NCBI RefSeq assembly: GCF_900232105.1
Contig: NZ_LT934425.1
Location: 300,001-332,000 of the forward strand
Origin: Candidatus Kuenenia stuttgartensis
Lineage (GTDB): Bacteria; Planctomycetota; Brocadiia; Brocadiales; Brocadiaceae
Direction of reading: 5' to 3'
Length of the DNA: 32,000 bases
Below are positions 1 to 8,814 of the stretch, piece by piece. Position 1 is the first letter of the stretch; the number at the start of each line of letters is the position of its first letter. The notes below the pieces were generated by a model. The model had not been told where the DNA came from. It saw nothing but the letters and a program-made list of their open reading frames with translations, and made no database searches. The position numbers and the translations under genes are program-made.

Positions 1-340
1 ACTTTGCGGATTCCGCCTTGCACATTACACAAACCAACGCATCTTTGTCACATTCATCACAATGATGAACGTCAAATTCCGATACTTCTTTTTTGCAATC
101 AGGGCACACCATGCCCATCGGAGCAACTGTTTTCCCTTTCATTGGCCCTAAATGCCCTTTTTTACAAGAGGGACACATCGGTAGTTCAATGGTCTCCGGT
201 ATCTGACGTTCCTGTGCCAGTGGTTTTACACTATGTTTAAATGTTTCTTCTTCCGAATACGCATAATTATTGCCCCATAAAACTGCGGAAAATATCACCG
301 CACTAAAAAAAACCGGTATTGACAACTTTTTGTTTTTCAT
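1..340 (-). CDS. Secreted cysteine-rich CxxC-repeat protein, 3' end cut by the window edge; paralog of 12555..13142
   Basis: Absent from the ORF track because it runs off the window. ATG at 338-340 (minus) is preceded by AAGGAG. Hand translation: MKNKKLSIPVFFSAVIFSAVLWGNNYAYSEEETFKHSVKPLAQERQIPETIELPMCPSCKKGHLGPMKGKTVAPMGMVCPDCKKEVSEFDVHHCDECDKDALVCVMCKAESAK... It has a signal-peptide-like N-terminus and aligns with PMCPFCEK...MVCPDCKSEVSALEVHHCDKCGKDVLVCTACQKASAG of the 195-aa protein at 12555..13142. Confidence 0.75.
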   Translation of the reverse strand, partial: MKNKKLSIPVFFSAVIFSAVLWGNNYAYSEEETFKHSVKPLAQERQIPETIELPMCPSCKKGHLGPMKGKTVAPMGMVCPDCKKEVSEFDVHHCDECDKDALVCVMCKAESAK

Positions 341-467
341 TGCTATCTACTCCTTTGTTTTTATATAAAACGCAACAAATAAAAAATGAATCTTCGTATT
401 TACTCCAGACTTCCCCCCCTTTCCGTTAAAAATTCAGCATTTAAAAAAACAGATAACAGTTCAGTCT

Positions 468-565
468 ACCGCAGAGAACGCTGCGATCGCAGAGGTTTTA
501 AGGAGATAAAAACAGAAAATTATGCAGGTACACATTGTATTTGTTTTCTCCGCGTCCTCTGCGGT
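468..565. repeat. REP-like inverted repeat (14-bp arms, 1 mismatch, 70-nt spacer)
   Basis: accgcagagaacgc (468-481) matches the reverse complement of gcgtcctctgcggt (552-565). A further cgcagagg copy lies at 488-495. The region is intergenic with no credible ORF. Confidence 0.6.
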
Positions 566-629
566 GAACTATTACAAAATAGGGTGCATTCCCGATTGTT
601 TGTAAGCGTTCATGGAGTCGGGGCAAAAC

Positions 630-662
630 AACCCTGACAGGGTTTGAAACCCTGTCAGGGTT
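630..662. repeat. Near-perfect 33-bp palindrome (15-bp arms, 3-nt centre)
   Basis: aaccctgacagggtt (630-644), tga, aaccctgtcagggtt (648-662). The second arm is the exact reverse complement of the first, and each arm is itself palindromic around its central base. Confidence 0.85.
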
Positions 663-1022
663 GACACTACTGCAACGTTTTATTGAAACATGGCAGAAAT
701 CACAAAAAATCGGGAATACACCCCAAAAATAGAATGTTTCCTGACACCATGCCACGATTTTCCAGGTTCATACCTTCTGTATCGTTTAACGTCTCAATAT
801 TTCATTCTATTTTAAATATTTAATATATATGAATCTTATGCTAGGGAAATCGTTGATTAATATCAAGAAGAAACTTAACTACCAACAAAATTACATGCCT
901 TTGTTTTCAAAACAAACATAGTGTATTTTACACCATTTAAACTATGTGAATACTGCTATTTATGGGTTTCATTTCATTCAACCTAACCCACACCTACTGG
1001 AGTAGGACTTATTTGTAAGTAA

Positions 1023-2300
1023 TTATTCAATTACCCGCCAGGCTACAGTACCTTCCTGTTGTTGATACCAGCCAGGGTCATCGTAGCTGGTAATGTCATC
1101 GCGAACCTTTAACACGGTAAACATACCGCCCATTTCGACTGGTCCAAACGGCCCTTTTCCTGTCATCATGGGTAGTGTATTTTTTGGCAAGGGCATGTTC
1201 ATCACTGCCATCCCGGACATGCCGCTCTCACCCATGGCCATATAATCCGGCAGCAGGTTTTGTATTTTCCGTTCCACTCCACTCTGATTTACACCGATCA
1301 TGTTTGGTACGTCATGCTTCATGGCGTTCATAACGTGGTGGTTCTTGTGGCAATGCAAAGCCCAGTCCCCCGGAGCATTTGCCACAAATTGTATGTCACG
1401 CGTAGTACCTGGTGGAACGTTAACCGTGGTTTCAGGCCATTGACCCGAGGCTGGAATGCGCCCTCCATCCGTACCGGTAATCTTAAAATTATAGCCGTGC
1501 AGGTGGATCGGGTGGGAGTCCATGCTCAGATTGGCGACTCTGATTCTCACCCTGTCTCCCAAACGGACTACCAATGGCGCCGTGCCAGGGAACACACGAC
1601 TGTTGAATGTGAAGAGGTTAAAGTCGGTCATGATGTTTGGATTCGGAGTACTTGTGCCGGGTTCGACAAACCATTCCTGAAGAAAGATACAGAAGTCCCG
1701 GTCGATCCTGGGCTGTTCTGGTTCTTTTGGGTGTATAATGAAAAAACCTTCCATCCCCATTGCCATCTGCACCATCTCGTCCGCATGCGGGTGATACATC
1801 TGTGTACCATGCTGACGGAGCGTAAATTCATAGACATAGGTCTCGCCCGGTTTGATTTGCGGCTGGTTCAATCCCCCGACGCCATCCATACCATTGGGCA
1901 GGAGTACGCCGTGCCAGTGGATCGTGGTATGTTCTGCAAGCTTGTTGGTGACTAAGATACGCACACGGTCACCTTCCACCGCTTCGATGGTAGGGCCTGG
2001 CGTCTGACCGTTATAACCCCAGCAGTTGACGATCATTCCTGGCGCAAACTCCCGCTTGACCGGTTCAGCGATCAAGTGAAAAACTTTAACGCCATTGTCC
2101 CACTTCCAGGGGAGGGTGCTCCCATTGAGTGTCGTAGCCGGTGTATAGGACAAGCCATGTATGGGTGGCATGATAGTGGTGGGTTGTGGTGTGGTCACTG
2201 TGTTTACAGCTTCCAACTGCTTGCGACCTAACAGCGTAGAAATACCGCCGGTTAGCAATGCCGCTGCGCTGGAAAGAATCATTTTCCGTCGGGTAATCAT
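1023..2300 (-). CDS. Multicopper oxidase (CopA/CueO-like), Tat-exported
   Basis: 425-aa ORF. The N-terminus MITRRKMILSSAAALLTGG is twin-arginine-like. Copper-ligand motifs are present: TIHWHG, HPH, HPIHLHG, HCHKNHH. AGGAG lies 6 nt upstream, and the gene starts 11 nt after the upstream gene's stop. Confidence 0.92.
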   Translation of the reverse strand: MITRRKMILSSAAALLTGGISTLLGRKQLEAVNTVTTPQPTTIMPPIHGLSYTPATTLNGSTLPWKWDNGVKVFHLIAEPVKREFAPGMIVNCWGYNGQTPGPTIEAVEGDRVRILVTNKLAEHTTIHWHGVLLPNGMDGVGGLNQPQIKPGETYVYEFTLRQHGTQMYHPHADEMVQMAMGMEGFFIIHPKEPEQPRIDRDFCIFLQEWFVEPGTSTPNPNIMTDFNLFTFNSRVFPGTAPLVVRLGDRVRIRVANLSMDSHPIHLHGYNFKITGTDGGRIPASGQWPETTVNVPPGTTRDIQFVANAPGDWALHCHKNHHVMNAMKHDVPNMIGVNQSGVERKIQNLLPDYMAMGESGMSGMAVMNMPLPKNTLPMMTGKGPFGPVEMGGMFTVLKVRDDITSYDDPGWYQQQEGTVAWRVIE

Positions 2301-2311
2301 GATAAATCTCC

Positions 2312-3772
2312 TTAATGATGAATATGGTTAGGGAGTTTTGATGGCTGAGTAGCTGGTTGTTCCACGGGTTGTGCGGGCGGATGGATAGTTTCCTCAGTAA
2401 CTAACAAGCGGCCACCAACTGCACGCTCCAGGTCAGACATGGCAATCCAGTAGTCCCTCAAAGTTTCGATGTATTCACGACCTGTGTTGATCTGGTTTTG
2501 CTTCGCCAGGAGTAACTCATACACCCCAATAAGCATGCCGTTGTAATACAGTTGGGACTCATCCACGATCCGCTGCCGAAGGGGAAGAATGACTTCCTGG
2601 TAGTATTCAACCATGTTGCGTGCAGTCAAAAGCCGATTGCGTATATCCCTGACCTCCGAACGTATATCGATTGCCAGAGAGGAGAGCCGCTGCTGGCTTT
2701 GCCTCAATTGTGCCTCCAACCGTGCGATCTCAGCCTGACGTTGGTCGAAGATCGGTAATTCAATCGTAAGATTAGGTCCTGTAAAATTTACGTTGTCAGC
2801 GACGTCGTGTTCAGTATTTACACCAACGTCAAATACATAAAAATACCGATATTTCCGCGTCAATAACAAGGCATGTGAGATGACCAGCGTCTCCTGTCGT
2901 GCGGCGGCTAAATCCAGGCGTTGTGACACAGCGAGCGACTCCAGATGTTCTAAAGGGATTTCATCTGCTGATAGCTCAGGAAGTCTGCCAGGGAGTTTCC
3001 ACGTAGTATCTGCTCCCCAAAGCCCCATCAGTCGGTTCAGACGCTCACGGTCAACAACGATTTGGATATCTGTTCTTGTCATGTCTAATTTCGCCTGAAC
3101 ATGGAACCCATGTTGATTTGCAAGATCTAACGTCTTTAAAGTGCCGGCATCGTGTTGACGGGTAGCAATGTCAACAGCTGCTTCCGTGGCCTGGACTACA
3201 GTTCGGCGCATCTCTAGTATTTGCTCATCTGCCTGAAGGGCGTAATAAGTTGACCGTACCGCCGCTGCCAGGTTCAAAACGGCATTACCAACACGCAGCT
3301 TCGCTTGTTCAAACTGAGCCGCAGCAACTTTCTTTCGTAAAGGACGCACAAGTAAATCAAGAAAATCCTGAACCACTGAAAATTCTGTATTGGTACTGCG
3401 ATGCCCTCCCACGGTCTTATCGGGGAACCTGAAGCTAGCTCCAAATGTAGGGTTCCGCAACAAACCAGCCTGTACAAGATCGGCCTGAGCAATACCCAGA
3501 TCTTCATATGTCGCCTGCAATGACCGGTTGTTAAGTAATGAAATCTGAACAGCTTCATCTAAGGTCAGTTCCTGTTGTAACATTAACCGGACGGCATCGA
3601 TCACCGCAGCATCCTCCGATGTGCCCTGACTCCAGTGTACCCGGCGACCAATGCGCTGTTCTATGATATTCTGGACGTCAGAAAATCCAGCCTCTTCAGG
3701 AACCGAAGCACAGCCAGCAAGTACTCCAATACACATGAGAGTTATAAATATGGCTATCAATCTCTGTGTCAT
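2312..3772 (-). CDS. cusC: TolC/OEP-family outer membrane efflux lipoprotein (CusC-like)
   Basis: The ORF track gives 2312..3829. I prefer the ATG at 3772 (MTQRLIAIFITLMCIGVLAGCAS, lipobox LAGC) because GGAGGG lies upstream and the ATG overlaps the upstream gene's TGA as ATGA. The length and alpha-helical/beta repeat sequence are typical of OEP family proteins. The symbol is by context only. Confidence 0.85.
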   Translation of the reverse strand: MTQRLIAIFITLMCIGVLAGCASVPEEAGFSDVQNIIEQRIGRRVHWSQGTSEDAAVIDAVRLMLQQELTLDEAVQISLLNNRSLQATYEDLGIAQADLVQAGLLRNPTFGASFRFPDKTVGGHRSTNTEFSVVQDFLDLLVRPLRKKVAAAQFEQAKLRVGNAVLNLAAAVRSTYYALQADEQILEMRRTVVQATEAAVDIATRQHDAGTLKTLDLANQHGFHVQAKLDMTRTDIQIVVDRERLNRLMGLWGADTTWKLPGRLPELSADEIPLEHLESLAVSQRLDLAAARQETLVISHALLLTRKYRYFYVFDVGVNTEHDVADNVNFTGPNLTIELPIFDQRQAEIARLEAQLRQSQQRLSSLAIDIRSEVRDIRNRLLTARNMVEYYQEVILPLRQRIVDESQLYYNGMLIGVYELLLAKQNQINTGREYIETLRDYWIAMSDLERAVGGRLLVTEETIHPPAQPVEQPATQPSKLPNHIHH

Positions 3773-4122
3773 TGTTTTCCCTCCGATTCGGTTTTGGAAA
3801 GTGCTGCCGGGACCAGTCCCATCCCACACTTAGGGCATCTGCCCAGGCTTGATTGTACTACTTCGGCATGCATCGGGCAGGTATACATTGTGGGTACGGT
3901 TGTGGGTGGATGCGTAGGCAAAGTTGGTTCGGTAGGCGGTTGTTCCGCTGTGACAGGTACCTCGGCCTGGAGCCAATTCGATCGTGGAGCAAATGCAGAT
4001 TCCAGTGCGTTCGGATTTGCCGGATCGTTGGTAGATATTGGTATTTGAAGTGTCTGGCTAGCACAACCCGTCAAGATTGTCACACACATAGCAGTCGTTA
4101 CTATCCGTGCTATCATTGTCAT
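3769..4122 (-). CDS. Small lipoprotein with a C-terminal heavy-metal-binding domain (HMBD, YxCPMH...CPxCGMxL)
   Basis: 117 aa. Signal and lipobox: MTMIARIVTTAMCVTILTGCAS. A Pro/Thr-rich linker is followed by YTCPMHAEVVQSSLGRCPKCGMGLVP. A G-rich SD sits upstream. The stop overlaps the cusC-like start (ATGA). Confidence 0.8.
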   Translation of the reverse strand: MTMIARIVTTAMCVTILTGCASQTLQIPISTNDPANPNALESAFAPRSNWLQAEVPVTAEQPPTEPTLPTHPPTTVPTMYTCPMHAEVVQSSLGRCPKCGMGLVPAALSKTESEGKQ

Positions 4123-4351
4123 CCCCCCTTTAAAAATGGCAGGAATACTACTCCAAAAGCAACCGCTGGTTTTGTTCTATCTTTGGTTAGCGGATAGAGA
4201 CTTTCTCCTTGTTCACCTGCCAATACCATTATAAGTACTTTTTAAACAAGTTATTATTCAATACCATAATCTGCTCTACACGATTTCAGCTATCAAGATT
4301 AACCCAAAATGTTTTCGCCACATTTTACCGACATCAGCGTGACTCGCCGTT

Positions 4352-4937
4352 TTACTTAATCAGTATACTTTTGCGTCGATTGTTCGAACTTATTTTTGCA
4401 CACGACCGGGCAAAAATAGTGCGTCTTACTCTGATAGGTGGCAAGTTGGCAAAATCTGGTTTGCTCTTGGTTATCCACAAATGCCAGTAATTTCCAGTAC
4501 GGTCGGTCAACCCGGCCGGTGTTTCTCCCAGAACGATGTCATTGAGAATCTTCACTTCTCTATCTAAGGTAAAAATCTTGATGGAAAAACAGGCAAAACT
4601 GCCGTGAACGATTAACCAGATTATGAACGGTAGTCTCCCTCATGTAGATGTTTTCATGAAAGCCCACGGCATCGCGGCAGTCAAGTATAAGCCCAAGCCG
4701 CCGATTGATGAGTTTCACGGAAGTAACCAGTGTGTCAGGTTCATAGGTGAGCAGTCTTTCCCAACCCGGCTCGTGTACCCATCTCAATTACCCCTCAGTG
4801 AAGACACCGAAGCGAAACACATGCCCGGCGGTATGATTCTCCTTGCCGATATAGGGAAAATAGATGTCACGCAGCTTATAGGCGGCATCAAACATCACTT
4901 GTAGCGAACCGTTACCAATAGTTAATTCTCGTGACAT
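4352..4937 (-). pseudogene. Glycoside hydrolase family 15 (glucoamylase-like) N-terminal remnant, with an in-frame stop, a frameshift and 3' truncation
   Basis: Hand translation from ATG 4937: MSRELTIGNGSLQVMFDAAYKLRDIYFPYIGKENHTAGHVFRFGVFTEG, then TAA at 4788-4790. The same frame continues LRWVHEPGWERLLTYEPDTLVTSVKLINRRLGLILDCRDAVGFHENIYMRETTVHNLVNRSRQFCLFFHQDFYLR and stops. This matches my recollection of GH15 N-terminal domains (IGNG...FPxxGxENHTxGHxFRFGV...WER...FHHDF). Weak continuation follows in another frame (ILNDIVLGETPAG..DRTG). The remaining ~450 aa of a normal GH15 protein are absent. Confidence 0.7.
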
Positions 4938-5023
4938 AACTCATTTCCTCATATACCTGGTAGTTCGATAATCTTCACATGGATTCTCATAAACAAAAAA
5001 TGATAGTTGTCTTCTTTAATAAA

Positions 5024-8000
5024 TTATATAATCATACCTGTTTCTGCAATACCGGGGTCTTTATTCAATTCCTTTTTAAACTTACGTTCTTTTATCCATG
5101 CATTCAGGCATGGCACCAGAAAAAACACAATCATCGCCATTGTCATGCCCCCAATGGAAGGGATCGCCATTGGTTTTGCAATTTCAGCGCCTGCACCGGT
5201 TGACCATATAATGGGCATCAGGCCAATAAATGTTGTCGCAGAGGTCATTACGGCCGGGCGTATCCTTCTCGTCCCTGCCAAAACAATGGTATCCCTTATC
5301 TCCTGAATACTTTTTATTTTTTTATCCTTAAACAGATCATTTATATATGTAGTGATAAGTACACCATCGTCCTGGACGATGCCAAACAGAGATATAAAAC
5401 CTACCCAAACGGCCACGCTAAAATTATATCCGAATAAATACTGCAGCAGAATGCCGCCTGCAATGGCAGTCGGTACACTGGTTAATAAAATAATCAGCAC
5501 TTGCGAAAATGATCTGAATGCCACGAAGAGGATAATAAAGCCAACAAACTGAGACAACGGGACAAGTATCTGCAATCTCTTTCTTGCCCGTACCTGATTC
5601 TCAAACTGTCCGCTCCATTGAATAAAATAACCCTGCGGCAACATGACTTTCTCAGATACCACCTTAGAGGCTTCTTCGACAAAGCTCATGGGGTCTCTGT
5701 CCCGTACGTTCATAAGGACATACGCCCTTAAAAGGGCGTTTTCACTGCTGATCATGGCAGGTCCCATGACGTAACGGATATCTGCAACCTGTGTAAGGGG
5801 GATAAGTTTGCCTGTGGAGCTTGAAACATAAATCCTTTTCAGTGCATCAAAATTATCGCGGAGTTCCCGGACGTATCTGACCCGTACAGGATAGCGTTCC
5901 CTGCCTTCCACTGTCGTTGTAATATTTTCTCCCCCTATAGCGGTCTCAATAATATCCTGCACATCCTTAATATTTATGCCATAACGTGCAATCTCCTCCC
6001 GCTTTATTATGAATTCAAGATATGGCTTTCCGGTAATCCTCTCCGCATAAAGATCAACCGCCCCCGGAACATCCCTTAAAGCCTTTTCAACATCCAGTGC
6101 CAGTTGCTGCAGCACGTTCAGGTCTGTCCCAAATATCTTAACGCCAATCGAGGTGCGGATACCGGTTGCAAGCATGTCAACGCGGTTTACTATGGGTTGT
6201 GTCCATATGTTTGCCACGCCTGGTATCCTCATGGCTTCATCCATTTCCTGTATAAGCTCCTGTTTCGTAATCCTCCGCTCATCGGGCAGAAACAAGTGAA
6301 AGACCGGGTGCAGGAAGGAAGGCACATATTGCAGAAAACCATACTCTATCTTTTTCTTTCGCCATTCCTCTTCAGGTTTTAAGGTGACAATCGTCTCAAA
6401 CATCTCGGCAGGCGCCGGATCGGTAGGGGTTTCCGCCCTGCCCAGCTTTCCCACGACTATATCCACCTCCGGAAATGACTTGATGATAACATCCTGTTTC
6501 TGCATCACCTTGAACGCATCGGTAAGCGCAACGCTCGGCAGCATAACCGGCATAAAAAGGATGGACCCTTCGTCCAATGGTGGCATAAATTCCCTTCCGA
6601 TCCTTTTCGCAACAAAAACAGATAAAATAATCACAACGATGGGAATCGTAAGAAATAGTCTCTTATGCTCCAATACCCAACGAAGTATCGGCGTATACCC
6701 GCTCAGGAGCAGCCTTGAGGTATAATTTCTCTCCATTGGCCTCAGTTTGCCTTTTAACATAAAAAAGCAAAGTGTCGGCGCCAGAGTAAGTGCGAACACA
6801 ACAGACGCTCCTATTGCAAACGTCTTCGTCCATGCGAGGGGTTTAAAAAGTTTTCCCTCCTGCCCGGTAAGCCCAAACACAGGCATAAACATAAAAATAG
6901 TAGTAAGGCCGGCAAAGAGGATTGGTGCCCCCACTTCTTTGGAAGAGTCAAGTATTATTTGAAACCTGCTCTTTTTGCCTTCATATTCTATAAGATTCCT
7001 GTATATATTTTCGGTGACAATAATTGCCATATCACTCACCTCGCCAATGGCAATAGCAATACCGGTAATGGTCATAATGTTTGAATCAATCCCCATAAAA
7101 TACATGCCCAGGAAGGAAATGATTATAGCTATAGGGAATCCAAGACAGCAGACAATAATACTTCGAATGTGCAATAAAAAGAGGGCTACAACGACAGAGG
7201 TAATAATTATTTCTTCTATAAGCGCCTCTTTCAGGGTGGCAATGACGCGATATATAAGCCCTTCTCTGTCGTAGAAAGGTACTATTTTTACCCCTGGCGG
7301 CAAACCGGGTTCGATTTCCTTTATCTTTTCCTTTATTCGCTTTATAACCTTTAACGGATTTTCCCCCTGGCGCATAATAACAACCCCGCCTGCAACCTCT
7401 GCGCCTTCCTTGTCCAGCGCCCCCCGCCTGAAGTCGCCTCCAATCTGAACCGTTGCTACGTTTTTTACAAAGACAGGCACGCCGTTATTGCTGCCAACGG
7501 TAATATTCTCGATATCGGTAACGTTTTTAATAAACCCAAGGCCGCGTATAATAAATTCCATATTATTGTTTTCCACCACCTTGGCACCCACATCGATATT
7601 GCTTTTTCGAACAGCCTCAAACACATCTCCAACAGTCAGGTTGTGCGCCATTAATTTATTGGGGTCCACATCCACCTGATATTGTTTGACAAAACCGCCC
7701 ACACCAGCAACCTCCGAGACGCCTTCAACGGCATTGAGCTGGTATCTGACAAACCAATCCTGGATAGACCGCAATTGTCCGAGATCATATCCTTTCCCCT
7801 CAACGGTATACCAAAAAATCTGTCCAAGTCCGGTAGCATCCGGACCTAGTCTTGGGAGAACATCTTTTGGAAGCAATGCCTGTACAAAGTTTAATCTTTC
7901 AAGCACCCTGGAACGTGCCCAGTAAAAATCGATATTTTCCTTGAAGATAATATAGACCATGGAGAAACCAAACGCAGACTGTGAGCGTATGACCTTTACA

Positions 8001-8233
8001 CCAGGAACGCCCAGGAGATTAACGGTCAGAGGATAAGTAACCTGATCCTCCACGTCCTGCGGGCTACGGCCAGGCCAGTCGGTGAAGACAATACACTGGT
8101 TTTCCCCGATATCAGGAATAACGTCCATGTTGATATGCCTCACCCCGAAGAGACCGCCGAATATCACCAGCAGGTAAAAGCATATGACGAGGAAACGGTT
8201 GTTAAGACATAGTTCGATAAGTTTATTGATCAT
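5024..8233 (-). CDS. cusA: CusA/CzcA-family heavy-metal efflux RND permease
   Basis: 1069 aa with a 12-TM RND architecture. The N-terminus MINKLIELCLNNRFLVICFYLL...DVIPDIGENQCIVFTDWPGRSPQDVEDQVTYPL is typical of the HME-RND family. The protein looks full length and intact. Confidence 0.93.
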   Translation of the reverse strand: MINKLIELCLNNRFLVICFYLLVIFGGLFGVRHINMDVIPDIGENQCIVFTDWPGRSPQDVEDQVTYPLTVNLLGVPGVKVIRSQSAFGFSMVYIIFKENIDFYWARSRVLERLNFVQALLPKDVLPRLGPDATGLGQIFWYTVEGKGYDLGQLRSIQDWFVRYQLNAVEGVSEVAGVGGFVKQYQVDVDPNKLMAHNLTVGDVFEAVRKSNIDVGAKVVENNNMEFIIRGLGFIKNVTDIENITVGSNNGVPVFVKNVATVQIGGDFRRGALDKEGAEVAGGVVIMRQGENPLKVIKRIKEKIKEIEPGLPPGVKIVPFYDREGLIYRVIATLKEALIEEIIITSVVVALFLLHIRSIIVCCLGFPIAIIISFLGMYFMGIDSNIMTITGIAIAIGEVSDMAIIVTENIYRNLIEYEGKKSRFQIILDSSKEVGAPILFAGLTTIFMFMPVFGLTGQEGKLFKPLAWTKTFAIGASVVFALTLAPTLCFFMLKGKLRPMERNYTSRLLLSGYTPILRWVLEHKRLFLTIPIVVIILSVFVAKRIGREFMPPLDEGSILFMPVMLPSVALTDAFKVMQKQDVIIKSFPEVDIVVGKLGRAETPTDPAPAEMFETIVTLKPEEEWRKKKIEYGFLQYVPSFLHPVFHLFLPDERRITKQELIQEMDEAMRIPGVANIWTQPIVNRVDMLATGIRTSIGVKIFGTDLNVLQQLALDVEKALRDVPGAVDLYAERITGKPYLEFIIKREEIARYGINIKDVQDIIETAIGGENITTTVEGRERYPVRVRYVRELRDNFDALKRIYVSSSTGKLIPLTQVADIRYVMGPAMISSENALLRAYVLMNVRDRDPMSFVEEASKVVSEKVMLPQGYFIQWSGQFENQVRARKRLQILVPLSQFVGFIILFVAFRSFSQVLIILLTSVPTAIAGGILLQYLFGYNFSVAVWVGFISLFGIVQDDGVLITTYINDLFKDKKIKSIQEIRDTIVLAGTRRIRPAVMTSATTFIGLMPIIWSTGAGAEIAKPMAIPSIGGMTMAMIVFFLVPCLNAWIKERKFKKELNKDPGIAETGMII

Positions 8234-8341
8234 AGGAATAAGAAACCACAGGTTGCACGGATTAAAAAAAAGAACAAGTAACCTGATTGCTCAGATTATT
8301 TTATTTTGTATTCAAACCTCTGTCATCCATTTTGATAAAAT

Positions 8342-8708
8342 TCAATTTTTGAACCTTCTATAATGAAGGGATTCTTCGCCAAAGTTTATAAGCAATCCTG
8401 TGCTATGGCGACTAGTAATAAGGCTATTTATTAACTGTGCTTCATCGACCTTTGACAAAGATTTTTCTGCTTTTATTTTCAACTATAATTTCATTGTAAA
8501 CAATGAAATCCGTAACATAATATTTTTTCAACTTTTGTTCTTTATAAAATATTTCCAATCGAAGTTGAGAAATAAATGGGGCATTTCTTAATTTGAACTC
8601 AATTTCCAAACATTCCTGATAAACGGCCTCCAGGCGTCCTGGTCCTATGATTCTGTGAACCTCCATTGCCGCTCCAATAATTTCATGTGTTCTTACATCT
8701 CTATCCAT
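8342..8708 (-). pseudogene. GxxExxY family protein (PD-(D/E)XK-like), frameshifted
   Basis: Frame A (8442..8708) reads MDRDVRTHEIIGAAMEVHRIIGPGRLEAVYQECLEIEFKLRNAPF...IIVENKSRKIFVKGR and stops. The expected C-terminus resumes in another frame: KIKAEKSLSKVDEAQLINSLITSRHSTGLLINFGEESLHYRRFKN, with its stop at 8342-8344. The shift lies in the A-rich run near 8470-8490. Total length would be ~122 aa, typical of the family. Confidence 0.75.
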
Positions 8709-8814
8709 ATATTTACCAACACCCTTTTATTTTACCAATTCTTAATCTTGAACAGGTTTTATCTGTGTGATCTGTACTACTATCCATCAATTTCTTGTTT
8801 TTTATGCGTGTTTT

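Noticed and set aside
386-755. 83-aa (+) and 85-aa (-) ORFs in the first intergenic region
   Set aside because: Both are translations of REP-type inverted repeats and the 33-bp palindrome. They overlap each other and lack an SD.
1260-1955. 231-aa plus-strand ORF
   Set aside because: It lies entirely antisense to the multicopper oxidase gene, which has clear copper-ligand motifs. Its sequence is low-complexity with no motifs, so it is a shadow ORF.
4209-4490. 93-aa plus-strand ORF upstream of the HMBD lipoprotein gene
   Set aside because: The sequence is AT-rich and low-complexity, overlaps the decayed GH15 remnant on the other strand, and has no SD or motifs.
4788-4790. In-frame TAA in the GH15 stub as possible stop-codon recoding
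   Set aside because: The gene also has a downstream frameshift and lacks ~75% of its length, so decay is far more likely than readthrough or recoding.
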